Shown here piece after piece: positions 30,033 through 42,349 of a stretch of 64,000 bases of DNA (positions are counted from its first letter, which is position 1; the number at the start of each line of letters is the position of its first letter). The notes beneath the pieces were generated by a model. The model searched no databases and was not told where the DNA came from. It saw nothing but the letters and a program-made list of their open reading frames with translations. The DNA is from Eledone cirrhosa (lineage: Eukaryota): assembly GCA_964016885.1 (NCBI GenBank), contig OZ024766.1, positions 18,352,001 to 18,416,000 on the forward strand, given 5' to 3'. The position numbers and the translations under genes were made by a program.

Positions 30033-32050
30033 CTATATATATACATCAATATAAACAGGCGTTTTTCAGCCCCGCCAAAAAGAGTGACTTTCTTTGATTC
30101 AGCTTATCTTGTAGACCCAGGGATGACAAACATACCACCACTGACACCCCTGCCACACCACCACCACTGCCACACCACCACCACCACCACTGCCACACCA
30201 CCACCACTGCCACACCACCACTGACACACCACACCACCACCACTGCCACACAACCACCACTGACACACCACCACCACCACCACTGCCACACCACCACCAC
30301 CACCACTGCCACACCACCACCACTGCCACACCACCACCACCACCACTGCCACACCACCACCACCACCACTGCCACACCACCACCACCACTGACACACCAC
30401 ACCACCACCACTGCCACACAACCACCACTGACACACCACCACCACCACCACTGCCACACCACCACCACCACTGACACACCACACCACCACCACCACTGCC
30501 ACACCACCACCAGTGACACACCACCACCACCACCACCACTGACACACCACCACCACCACTGCCACACCACCACCACTGACACACCACCACCACTGACACA
30601 CCACACCATCACCACTGCCACACCACCACCACCACCACCATCACCACCACCACTGACACCCCTGCCACACCACCACCCCTGCCACACCACCACCCCTGCC
30701 ACACCACCACCACTGCCACTGACAGTCCTAACACCACCACCACCACCACCCCTGCCACACCATCACCATCACCACCACTGACAGTCCTAGCACTGACACC
30801 ACACCAGCACCACCCCTGCTACTGACAGTCCCACTACCACTGGCACCACCACTGACACACCACCACCACTAACACCAGCACCTCCACCACTAGCACCACC
30901 ACTACCACTGGCACCACTGACACAACACCACTAACACCAGCACTACTACCACTACCACTGGCACCACCACCGACAGTCTTAGCACTACCACCACCACCAC
31001 CACTGCCACACCACCACCACTGACACACCACACCACCACCACTGACACACCACCACCACTAACACCAGCACTACTACCACTACCACTGGCACCACCACCG
31101 ACAGTCTTAGCACTACCACCACCACCACCACCACCACCACCACCACCACTGCCACACCACCACCACTGACACACCACACCACCACCACTAACACCAGCAC
31201 TACTACCACTACCACTGGCACCACTACCGACAGTCTTAGCACTACCACCACCACCACCACCATCACTGACACACCACACCACCACCACTGACACACCACA
31301 CCACCACCACTGACACAACACCACTAGCACCAGCACTACTACCACTACCACTGGCACCACCACCGACAGTCTTAGCACTACCACCACCACCACCACCACC
31401 ATCACTGAGAGTTCTACCCCTCTCACGACCCCCCCCCCCCCTCCCCGCCTCACTGACACTACCACCTTCACCGGCACCTACATTCAGAGGCGACAGCCCT
31501 ACCCCTGCCAACACCACCACCACCATCACTGGGAGTCCTAGCCCTATGAAAACCACCACACCACCACACCACCACCACCATCACCACCATCACTGGTAGT
31601 TCCACCAACTGACAGCCCCCCGCCCTGCCCTTCTACACCCAGGGAAGACAGCTTAACACCCACCTCCCTTCCAACCAACCAACAATCCACCCCCACAGAA
31701 GACACACACACACCAGCCCCCCCCCCCCATGTACCCTCTCCCCCACGAATCCACCCCCACAGAAGACACACAGACACCAGCAACTCCCCCACACCCCCGC
31801 CCGGTGCACCCCCACCGCCCCCCATGTACCCCCTCCCCCACGAATCCACCCCCACAGAAGACACACAGACACCAGCAACTCCCCCACACCCCCGCCCGGT
31901 GCACCCCCACCGCCCCCCCATGTACCCCCTCCCCCACGAATCCACACCCACAGAAGACAGACAGACACCAGCAAACCCCCCACACACCCCCGCCCGGTGC
32001 ACCCCCACCGCCCCCCATGTACCCCCTCCCCCACGAATCCACACCCGCAG
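27545..32050. repeat. Blocks of (GGT)n/(CAC)n/(AT)n low-complexity DNA with short unique islands; C-rich ~95-bp tandem at 31680-32050
   Basis: Direct reading. Confidence 0.75.
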
Positions 32051-32263
32051 ACGACAGACAGACAGACAAACAGACCAAGATAGATATTTACCAAGTTAAA
32101 GAGGAATTTGACATTTAATGTACAACATGGTTATTGTGGTGTTTATAGCAGACCCTCCACCCTGGACCACCACCTACCAACTGATGTCTCTCTGTGGTGG
32201 GGTGTTTGTTGGTTAAAATCATGCTATAAGTTTAAATTGGTTATTTACTCTTAATTTATTATA

Positions 32264-32615
32264 TCATCATCATCATCATCATCATCATTTTACGTCCACT
32301 TTTCCCTGCTTGCAAGGGTGGGACGGGAACTGATTCTGGCTTGATTTCTACAGCTGGATGCCCTTCCTAACACCAACCTCATTTACAGTGAGTGCTGGGT
32401 GCTTTTTTTTTTTGCTGTGGCACCTCCACGACCACTTTGCAGTGGAATGATAGGGACCCCAGTCCCTATCATCTCATTTCTACAGCTGAGTAAACTGGAG
32501 CAATGTGAAATAAAGTGTCTTGCTCAAGGAAACAACACATCACCCGGTCTGAGAATTGAACTCACAACCTTTCGATTGCAAGGCCAATGCTCTAACCACT
32601 AAGCCATGTGCCTCC
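32264..32615 (-). mobile_element. Full-length CORE-like SINE carrying a single 49-bp unit
   Basis: Complete tRNA head through (GAT)n tail; the shortest, probably ancestral-like, structure in the window. Confidence 0.85.
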
Positions 32616-32644
32616 TTATATACGAGTAATAAATTCTCTTAATT

Positions 32645-34399
32645 TATTATATACTGGCATAAATTCTATAAAATGCACACAATGCAGATCCTGGGTACAC
32701 AAGAGATGTAGCGGGGTAGCAGGCAAACTAACAGGTAGGGAGAAATATGTATGCAGTAGATGTACAGGGAAATTAGACAGAAGTCGCATTGATAAACACA
32801 TTTTTCAGATGCAGGAGGGCGCTATAGAAGTGGTGGATAGCTTCCGGTACCTAGGAGATCAGATTAGCATGGGAGGAGGGTGTTCCGAGGCCATAGTATC
32901 TAGAATAAGGACGGGTTGGAAGAAGTTTAGGGAGCTGCTTCCTCTGTTGACGAAGAAGGGTTTCTCCCTGCGTACGAAAGGGCGGTTGTATGATGCCTGT
33001 GTGAGGAGCGCGATGCTGCATGAGAGAAATGAGGCAAGCATGCTCCGTTGGATGTGCAGTGTAAATGTGCGTGAACGACCCAGCATAAATGTGTTGAGAG
33101 AGAAACTGTGTCTGAGAGGGATAGAATGTAGTGTATGGGAGAGGAGACAGGTGGTATGGACATGTGATGTGTTGAGAAACTGTGTCTGAGAGGGATAGAA
33201 TGTAGTGTGTGGGAGAGGAGACTGAGGAGGTATGGACATGTGATGTGTTGAGAGAGAAACTGTGTCTGAGAAGGATAGAATGTAGTGTACGAGAGAGGAG
33301 ACTGAGGTGGTATGGACATGTGATGTGTTGAGAGAGAAACTGTGTCTGAGAGGGATAGAATGTAGTGTACGGGAGAGGAGACAGGTGGTATGGACATGTG
33401 ATGTGTTGAGAGAGAAACTGTGTCTGAGAGGGATAGAATGTAGTGTACGGGAGAGGAGACTGAGGTGGTATGGACATGTGATGTGTTGAGAGAGAAACTG
33501 TCTGAGAGGGATAGAATGTAGTGTACGGGAGAGGAGACTGAGGTGGTATGGACATGTGATGTGTTGAGAGAGAAACTGTGTCTGAGAGGGATAGAATGTA
33601 GTGTACGGGAGAGGAGACTGAGGTGGTATGGACATGTGATGTGTTGAGAGAGAAAGTGTGTCTGAGAGGGATAGAATGTAGTGTACGGGAGAGGAGACTG
33701 AGGTGGTATGGACATGTGATGTGTTGAGAGAGAAACTGTGTCTGAGAGGGATAGAATGTAGTGTGTGGGAGAGGAGACTGAGGAGGTATGGACATGTGAT
33801 GTGTTGAGAGAGAAACTGTGTCTGAGAGGGATAGAATGTAGTGTACGGGAGAGGAGACTGAGGTGGTATGGACATGTGATGTGTTGAGAGAGAAACTGTG
33901 TCTGAGAGGGATAGAATGTAGTGTGTGGGAGAGGAGACTGAGATGGTATGGACATGTGATGTGTTGAGAGAGAAAGTGTGTCTGAGAGGGATAGAATGTA
34001 GTGTACGGGAGAGGAGACTGAGGTGGTATGGACATGTGATGTGTTGAGAGAGAAAGTGTGTCTGAGAGGGATAGAATGTAGTGTACGGGAGAGGAGACTG
34101 AGGTGGTATGGACATGTGATGTGTTGAGAGAGAAACTGTGTCTGAGAGGGATAGAATGTAGTGTACGGGAGAGGAGACTGAGGTGGTATGGACATGTGAT
34201 GTGTTGAGAGAGAAAGTGTGTCTGAGAGGGATAGAATGTAGTGTACGGGAGAGGTATGGACAGGTGGTATGGACATGTGATGTGCATGGAGGATGACCAT
34301 CGGTCATCCTCCATGCGCATCACATGTCCATACCACCTCAGTCTCCTCTCTCGCACACTACGTTCTATCCCTCTCAGACACAGTTTCTCTCTCAGCACA

Positions 34400-34402
<3 letters not shown>
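32645..34402 (+). mobile_element. RTE-like LINE fragment with an 80-bp internal tandem array and a terminal fold-back
   Basis: Translation includes CTQCRSWVHKRCSG...VDSFRYLGDQIS...RIRTGWKKFRELLPLL (RT-associated region); about 14 copies of the 80-bp unit. Confidence 0.85.
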
Positions 34403-34449
<47 letters not shown>

Positions 34450-34623
34450 CATCGTTTAACGTCTATATATATATGTGTGTGTGAAAATGTAGATGTATGT
34501 CTTGTAAAAAAAAAAGACAGGTTTTGAAAAGCTAATGGGGTGGGGATGTGTGGAGGGTCACACAAGACAATGGTGAATTGTTCCATATGTTTATATAGGG
34601 CATATCAATTATATATACACTCT

Positions 34624-34672
<49 letters not shown>

Positions 34673-34721
34673 CAGAGTGTATATATAGTTATGTTGGTGA
34701 CTGTATGTATGTATGTATGCA

Positions 34722-34773
<52 letters not shown>

Positions 34774-34933
34774 CACACATATACACACATATATATATAT
34801 ATATGTATGTGTATATATGTGTGTGTATATATATGTATGTATATATGTGTGTGTATATATATGTATATATGTATGTATATATGCGTGTGTATATATATAT
34901 GTGTATGTATATATATGTCTGTGTGTATATATA

Positions 34934-35752
34934 TGGAGGCGCATGGCTTAGTGGTTAGAGCATTGGGCTTGCAATCGAAAGGTTGTGAGTTCAATTCTCA
35001 GACCAGGTGATGTGTTGTTTCCTTGAGCAAGACACTTTATTTCACATTGCTCCAGTTTGCTCAGCTGTAGAAATGAGATGATAGGGACTGGGGTCCCTAT
35101 CATTCCACTGTAAAGTGGACGTGGAGGTGCCACGGCAAAAAAGCACACAGCCCACACTGTAAAAGTGGTCGTGGAGGTGCCACGGCAAAAAAGCACCCAG
35201 CACTCACTGTAAAGTGGTCGTGGAGGTGCCACAGCAAAAAAGCACCCAGCCTACACTGTAAAGTGGTCGTGGAGGTGCCACGGCAAAAAAGCACCCAGCA
35301 CTCACTGTAAAGTGGTCGTGGAGGTGCCACACAAAAAAAGCACCCAGCACTCACTGCAAAGTGGTCGTGGAGGTGCCACAGCAAAAAAGCACCCAGCACT
35401 CACTGTAAAGTGGTCGTGGAGGTGCCACGGCAAAAAAGCACCCAGCACTCACTGTAAAGTGGTCGTGGAGGTGCCACGGCAAAAAAGCACCCAGCACTCA
35501 CTGTAAAGTGGTCGTGGAGGTGCCACGGCAAAAAAGCACCCAGCACTCACTGTAAAGTGGTCGTGGAGGTGCCACGGCAAAAAAGCACCCAACACTCACT
35601 GAAAAGTGGTCGTGGAGGTGCCACGGCAAGAAAGCACCCAGCACTCACTGTAAATGAGGTTGGTGTTAGGAAGGGCATCCTGCTGTAGAAATCAAGCCAG
35701 AATCAGTTCCTGTCCCACCCTTGCAAGCAGGGAAAAGCAGACGGATGATGAT
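34934..35752 (+). mobile_element. Full-length CORE-like SINE with ~11 internal 49-bp units
   Basis: Head ggaggcgcatggcttagtgg through tail gatgatgat. Confidence 0.85.
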
Positions 35753-36082
35753 ATATATATATAGTGTGTTTGAGTATTTATATATGTATGTGTATGTATA
35801 TATATATATATATATACGTGTGTGTGTGTATGTGCTTGCATTTGTGTGTATATATATATACATTTATACACACATCCCCGCCTTTCCCAACACGCCTGGT
35901 CAAGATAATCCCCTCCTGCCAACATCAAAAGAAGTGATCCCTAACAGGAAGTATAACACAACAGGAAGTAGATCTCTAATGAGGTCACCATAATTTATCT
36001 TGACCTATAAATGTATGTATATATATGCCTGTAGATATATATATATATATATATATATATAGGCCTGTAGATATATATAGTT

Positions 36083-38212
36083 ATGTGTGAGGAGCACGAT
36101 GCTGCATGGTAGTGAGACATGGGCAGCAACTCCAGAGGATATGCGACGGCTGGAGAGAAATGAGGCAAGCATGCTCCGTTGGATGTGCAGTGTCAATGTG
36201 TGTGAACGACCCAGCATGGTTGTGTTGAGAGAGAAACTGTGTATAAGAGGGATAAGTTGTGGTGTGGGAGAGAAGACTGAGGTGGTATGGACATGTGATG
36301 TGTTGAGAGAGAAACTGGGTATAAGAGGGATAAGTTGTGGTGTGTGGGAGAGAAGACTGAGGTGGTATGGACATGTGATGTGTTGAGAGAGAAACTGTGT
36401 CTGAGAGGGATAAGTTGTAGTGTGTGGGAGAGAAGACTGAGATGGTATGGACATGTGATTAGTTGAGAGAGAAGCTGGGTATAAGAGGGATAAGTTGTGG
36501 TGTGTGGGAGAGGAGACTGAGATGGTATGGACATGTGATGTGTTGAGAGAGAAACTGTGTATAAGAGGGATAAGTTGTAGTGTGGGGGAGAGAAGACTGA
36601 GGTGGTATGGACATGTGATGTGTTGAGAGAGAAACTGTGTATAAGAGGGATAAGTTGTAGTGTGTGGGAGAGAAGACTGAGATGGTATGGACATGTGATG
36701 TGTTGAGAGACAAACTGGGTATAAGAGGGATAAGTTGTGGTGTGTGGGAGAGGAGACTGAGGTGGTATGGACATGTGATGTGTTGAGAGAGAAACTGTGT
36801 ATAAGAGGGATAAGTTGTGGTGTGTGGGAGAGGAGACTGAGATGGTATGGACATGTGATGTGTTGAGAGAGAAACTGTGTCTGAGAGGGATAAGTTGTGG
36901 TGTGTGGGAGAGAAGACTGAGAAGGTATGGACATGTGATGTGTTGAGAGAGAAACTGTGTATAAGAGGGATAAGTTGTGGTGTGTGGGAGAGAAGACTGA
37001 GATGGTATGGACATGTGATGTGTTGAGAGAGAAACTGTGTATAAGAGGGATAAGTTGTGGTGTGTGAAAGAGAAGACTGATATGGTATGGACATGTGATG
37101 TGTTGAGAGAGAAACTGTGTATAAGAGGGATAAGTTGTGGTGTGTGGGAGAGGAGACTGAGATGGTATGGACATGTGATGTGTTGAGAGAGAAACTGTGT
37201 ATAAGAGGGATAAGTTGTGGTGTGTGGGAGAGGAGACTGAGGTGGTATGGACATGTGATGTGTTGAGAGAGAAACTGTGTATAAGAGGGATAAGTTGTGG
37301 TGTGTGGGAGAGGAGACTGAGATGGTATGGACATGTGATGTGTTGAGAGAGAAACTGTGTATAAGAGGGATAAGTTGTGGTGTGTGGGAGAGGAGACTGA
37401 GGTGGTATGGACATGTGATGTGTTGAGAGAGAAACTGTGTATAAGAGGGATAAGTTGTGGTGTGTGGGAGAGGAGACTGAGATGGTATGGACATGTGATG
37501 TGTTGAGAGAGAAACTGTGTATAAGAGGGATAAGTTGTGGTGTGTGGGAGAGGAGACTGAGATGGTATGGACATGTGATGTGTTGAGAGAGAAACTGTGT
37601 ATAAGAGGGATAAGTTGTGGTGTGTGGGAGAGGAGACTGAGGTGGTATGGACATGTGATGTGTTGAGAGAGAAACTGTGTATAAGAGGGATAAGTTGTGG
37701 TGTGTGGGAGAGGAGACTGAGGTGGTATGGACATGTGATGTGTTGAGAGAGAAACTGTGTATAAGAGGGATAAGTTGTGGTGTGTGGGAGAGGAGACTGA
37801 GATGGTATGGACATGTGATGTGTTGAGAGAGAAACTGTGTATAAGAGGGATAAGTTGTGGTGTGTGGGAGAGGAGACTGAGGTGGTATGGACATGTGATG
37901 TGTTGAGAGAGAAACTGTGTATAAGAGGGATAAGTTGTGGTGTGTGGGAGAGGAGACTGAGATGGTATGGACATGTGATGTGCATGGAGGATGGCTGCTG
38001 GGTAAAGAAGTGCCAAGAAATCCCAGTTGAAGGAAGATGTGGTAGAGGTAGACCATGAAAAACATGGGCAGAGGTGGTGAGAACAGACCTCAGATCGCTG
38101 AAGCTCACGGTGGAGATGACGAAGGACCGTGACAAGTGGAGAGATGCTGTGCTGAATAGGACCCATCCCACCCTTGCAAGCAGGGAAAACGGACGTAAAA
38201 TGATGATGATGA
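36083..38212 (+). mobile_element. RTE-like LINE 3' fragment with ~22 copies of the 80-bp unit
   Basis: MLHGSETWA...RLERNEASMLRWMC...RLRWYGHVM...GRGRP; ends in ggacgtaaaatgatgatg. Confidence 0.85.
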
Positions 38213-38544
38213 TATATATATATGTGTGTATGTATATGTCTGTTTATGTATGTGTGTGTATATATCTGTATGTTTGTGTGTGTGTGTGTATGTGTAAGTA
38301 TATATATATATATATATATAAACGGAAAAAATGAAACAAAATTTCATTTCTCATACGTACATATATATATGTGTGCATGTATGTATATATATATATATAT
38401 ACATACTACTGTACGTCTATACATATATGTATGTACGTATACATACATACATATATATATATATAAATATATATATTCACTCGTGTTAGTACCCCACTGA
38501 AATACACCCAGTCCACTCTGTAAAGAGGTAGCAGCTTAGTATAG

Positions 38545-40675
38545 TTAGTATAGTAATGTGGTGTGGTGTTGGTGGCAGTGAAGAAGACAATAGTGTGATG
38601 GTGGTGGTGTTGGTGGTGTTGGTGGTGGTGTGGTGTGGTGAAGGAGAATTACAGATGGTCGTGTGGTGTGTTGGAGTGGTTTTGGTGCCATGGAGGAGAG
38701 ATAGTGGTGTGGTGGTGGTGTGGTGTAGATAGTGATGTAGTGGTTTTGGTGATATAGTGGTAGAGGTGGTGGAGAGACGGTGGTGGTGTGGAGGAGATAG
38801 TGGTACAGGTGGTGGTGGTGTAGAGGAGATAGTGCTGGTAGAGGTGGTGGTGGTGGTGGTAATGCTGTGATAGAGGTGGTGGTGTGGTAGAGGTGGTAGT
38901 AGTGCTGTGATAGAGGTGGTGGTGTGGTAGAGGTGGTAGTAGTGCTGTGATAGAGGTGGTGGTGTGGTAGTGCTGTGATAGAGGTGGTGGTGGTAGTAGT
39001 GCTGGTGCTGTGGTAGTAGTGCTGGTGCTGTGGTCGAGGTGGTAGTGCTGGTGGTGGTGGTGGTGGTAGTGCTGTGATAGAGGTGGTGGTGGTGGTAGAG
39101 GTGGTAGTAGTGCTGTGATAGTGGTGGTGGTGGTGGTGGTAGTGCTGTGATAGAGGTGGTGGTGGGGTAGAGGTGGTAGTAGTGCTGTGATAGAGGTGAT
39201 GGTGGTAGTAGTGCTGGTGCTGTGGTCGAGGTGGTGGTGTGGTAGAGGTGGCGGTGTGGTAGAGGTGGTGGTGGTGGTGTGGTAGAGGTGGTGGTTGTAG
39301 TAGTACTGGTGCTGTGGTAGTAGTGCTGGTGCTGTGGTAGTAGTGCTGGTGCTGTGGTCGAGGTGGTGGTTTGGTAGAGGTGGTAGTGCTGGTGGTGGTG
39401 GTGGTGGTAGTGCTGTGATAGAGGTGGTGGTGTGGTAGAGGTGGTAGTAGTGCCGTGATAGAGGTGGTGGTGGTGGTAGTGCTGTGATAGAGGTGGTGGT
39501 GTGGTAGAGGTGGTAGTAGTGCTGTGATAGAGGTGGTGGTGGTGGTGGTGGTAGTGCTGTGATAGAGGTGGTGGTGTGGTAGAGGTGGTAGTGCTGGTGG
39601 TATGGTAGTGGTGGTGGTGTGATAGAGGTGGTGGTGTGGTAGAAGTGGTGGTGGAGAAATGGTGGTGATAGTGGTGTGATAGAGGTGGTGGTGGTGTGGA
39701 GGAGATAGTGCTGGTAAAGGTGGTGGTGGTGGTGGTGGTGGTAGTGCTGTGATAGAGGTGGTGGTAGTGCTGTGATAGAGGTGGTAGTAGTGCTGTGATA
39801 GAGGTGGTGGTGGTGGTAGTGCTGTGATAGAGGTGGTAGTGGTGGTGGTGGTGGTAGTGCTGTGATAGAGGTGGTGGTGTGGTAGAAGTGGTAGTGCTGG
39901 TAGTGGTGGTGGTAGTGCTGTGATAGAGGTGGTGGTAGTGCTGGTGGTGGTGGTGTGTGTGTGAAAAAATCTGGAGAGTTTCCTAAGTAGCATATCTGTG
40001 TCACACACTTTTGACTCACTAATGGTGAGTGGTGTGGTGGTGGGGATGGTGTGGTGGTGTGTGTGTGTGTGGGGGTGTAGTGGTGACTGGTGGTGTGGTG
40101 GTGGTGGGGATGGTGTGGTGGTGGGGGAGGGGGTGTAGTGGTGACTGGAGGTGTGGTGGTGGTGGTGGTGGTGGGAGGTGTGTGTGTGTGTGAATATAGT
40201 GATGGAGACTGGTGTTATGGTGGTGTGTATGTGGTGGTGGTGGTGGCGTGGGGTGGTGTTGAATGTAGTGATGGTGGGGTGGGAGATGGCATGATGGTGA
40301 ATGGTGAGGGGTGGGGTGGGAGGTGGTGTTATTAAGTGTAGTGTGTGGGGGTGGGGTGTGAGGGGGGGGGGGGTGATGCTGGCAATAAGTGGGGTGGTGT
40401 TTGTAATGGAAGATGTGTTGGTCATATTATTGAATGTAGTGGTGTGGTGGTGGTGGTGGTGTGATGGTGGCGGTGGTGTGATGGTGGTGTTGAATGTGGT
40501 GGGGGTGTCTGTTGTGCAGGTGGTGTTCTTTGTATTGGTGGTGGTGTGATAATGATGTTGAGTGTAATGGTGGTGGGGGTGATGGTTGTGCAGGTGGTTT
40601 TCTTTATGGTGGTGGTGGTGGTGGTGATCTTGAATTGAGTGGTGGTGGTGGTGATGATGATGGTGATAGTGATAG
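38545..40675. repeat. (GGT)n-rich degenerate minisatellite with core 'agtgctgtgatagaggtgg'
   Basis: Direct reading. Confidence 0.8.
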
Positions 40676-40685
40676 TGCTTTAATT

Positions 40686-40767
<82 letters not shown>

Positions 40768-40771
40768 TGCA

Positions 40772-41150
40772 CATAAAGCAATGCCTGTGCCGTGAAGCTT
40801 TTATAGTGAGCAAAGGCACTGCACAAAGCCAGTCCCACTCTCTTAACCAAGATGATATTTACCAAAAAGAAGAACAAGTCAACATCATTGGATACCATCA
40901 GGGTTGCAGGTGTTATATCAGAGTTTTCCTTCTCCTAGAATTCTGCCTTGACAAAGGCTAAGGGGTCATCTCTCCCGGTGATTTTGGATGGCCATTGACT
41001 CTTAAGAGCTCCTTTGTCCCTTGACAGGTTTTGTTTTTAGTCCTGCAGGATGTCCAAAGTCACCCTCCTCACCAAGAAACCTTGGTGGGGTTGCCAGTTT
41101 AGTCGCCAACGACCCGACCATGAGACAGGTTGTACTGGAATACATGTTAC
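40772..41150 (-). mobile_element. Interspersed non-coding repeat, probably a non-autonomous RTE-derived element (copy 1)
   Basis: Reverse complement of 57063-57437; 'ctaggagaaggaaaactctga' recalls RTE 5' UTRs (class assignment is inference). Confidence 0.6.
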
Positions 41151-41180
41151 CAGTAGCATCAACTGGTGACCTGACATAGA

Positions 41181-41307
<127 letters not shown>

Positions 41308-41314
41308 ACATACA

Positions 41315-41979
41315 TCTATACTTATAAAGCTGATGGTCGTATGTATGTATGTAGGGAGAGATGACCCCTTAGGCTTTGTCAAGCAAAGAAAATCCAACTT
41401 TTTTATGGCCTAGGGGCCCGCGTTAGGTAAAAAACTTCATTTTTTTCCAGCTTTTTAGGGCTTTTTTGAGGAGTTACGTCTGGCCGATTTTCCCGAGATT
41501 TCAAGGCATATTATGCACATAAAAAAAATTTATTTTCTTGGCCCCCTAGGGCCCACATTAGGTGAAAACCTGCATTTTTCCTGCTTCATCGAGGAAAATC
41601 TTAAAGATTATCCAGCCATCAGAGTATTCGGTTTATTTTCTTTACATATTGTCCAGGCATGGAGTTCTTCCACGATTAGGTCTGTTGGCGGCCCGCGTTC
41701 CAAAATACCTTATCCCGTGCAACGCCGGGTACCACTGCTAGTAATATATATATATATATATATATATAATAAACATGACAGGCATGTAGTTCTTCCACGA
41801 TTAGGTCTGATGGCGGCCCGCGTTCCAAAATACCTTATCCCGTGCAACGCCGGGTACCACTGCTGGTTATATATATATATAATAAACATGACAGGCATGT
41901 AGTTCTTCCACGATTAGGTCTGATGGCGGCCCGCGTTCCAAAATACCTTATCCCGTGCAACGCCGGGTACCACTGCTAG

Positions 41980-42023
<44 letters not shown>

Positions 42024-42118
42024 AACATGACAGGCATGTAGTTCTTCCACGATGAGGTCTGTTGGCGGCCCGCGTTCCAAAATACCTTATCCTGTGCAAC
42101 GCCGGGTACCACTGCTGG
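41315..42118 (+). mobile_element. Non-autonomous Helitron with four tandem 3' termini
   Basis: a|TCtatacttataaag 5' end; 3' hairpin cccgtgcaacgccggg followed by CTAG|t at 41741; this terminus recurs ending at ~41866, 41979 and 42118 (CTGG/CTAG/CTGG). Confidence 0.8.
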
Positions 42119-42119
42119 T

Positions 42120-42153
<34 letters not shown>

Positions 42154-42184
42154 TAGTGTTAAGTATTTCCGTAGAAATTGTTAT

Positions 42185-42318
42185 GGTGATGGTGTTGGTG
42201 GTAGTGGAGGTGTGGTGTGGTGTGGTGGAGGTGTGGTGTGGTGGTGTTGGTGTTGGTGTTGGTGTTGGTGTTTGTGGTGTGGTGTGGTATGGTGGTAGTG
42301 GAGGTGTGGTGTGGTGTT

Positions 42319-42349
<31 letters not shown>

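Noticed and set aside
36005-38171. 570-686-aa ORFs in all three minus frames (similarly 32851-34452)
   Set aside because: Stop-free antisense reading of the 80-bp LINE-derived array.
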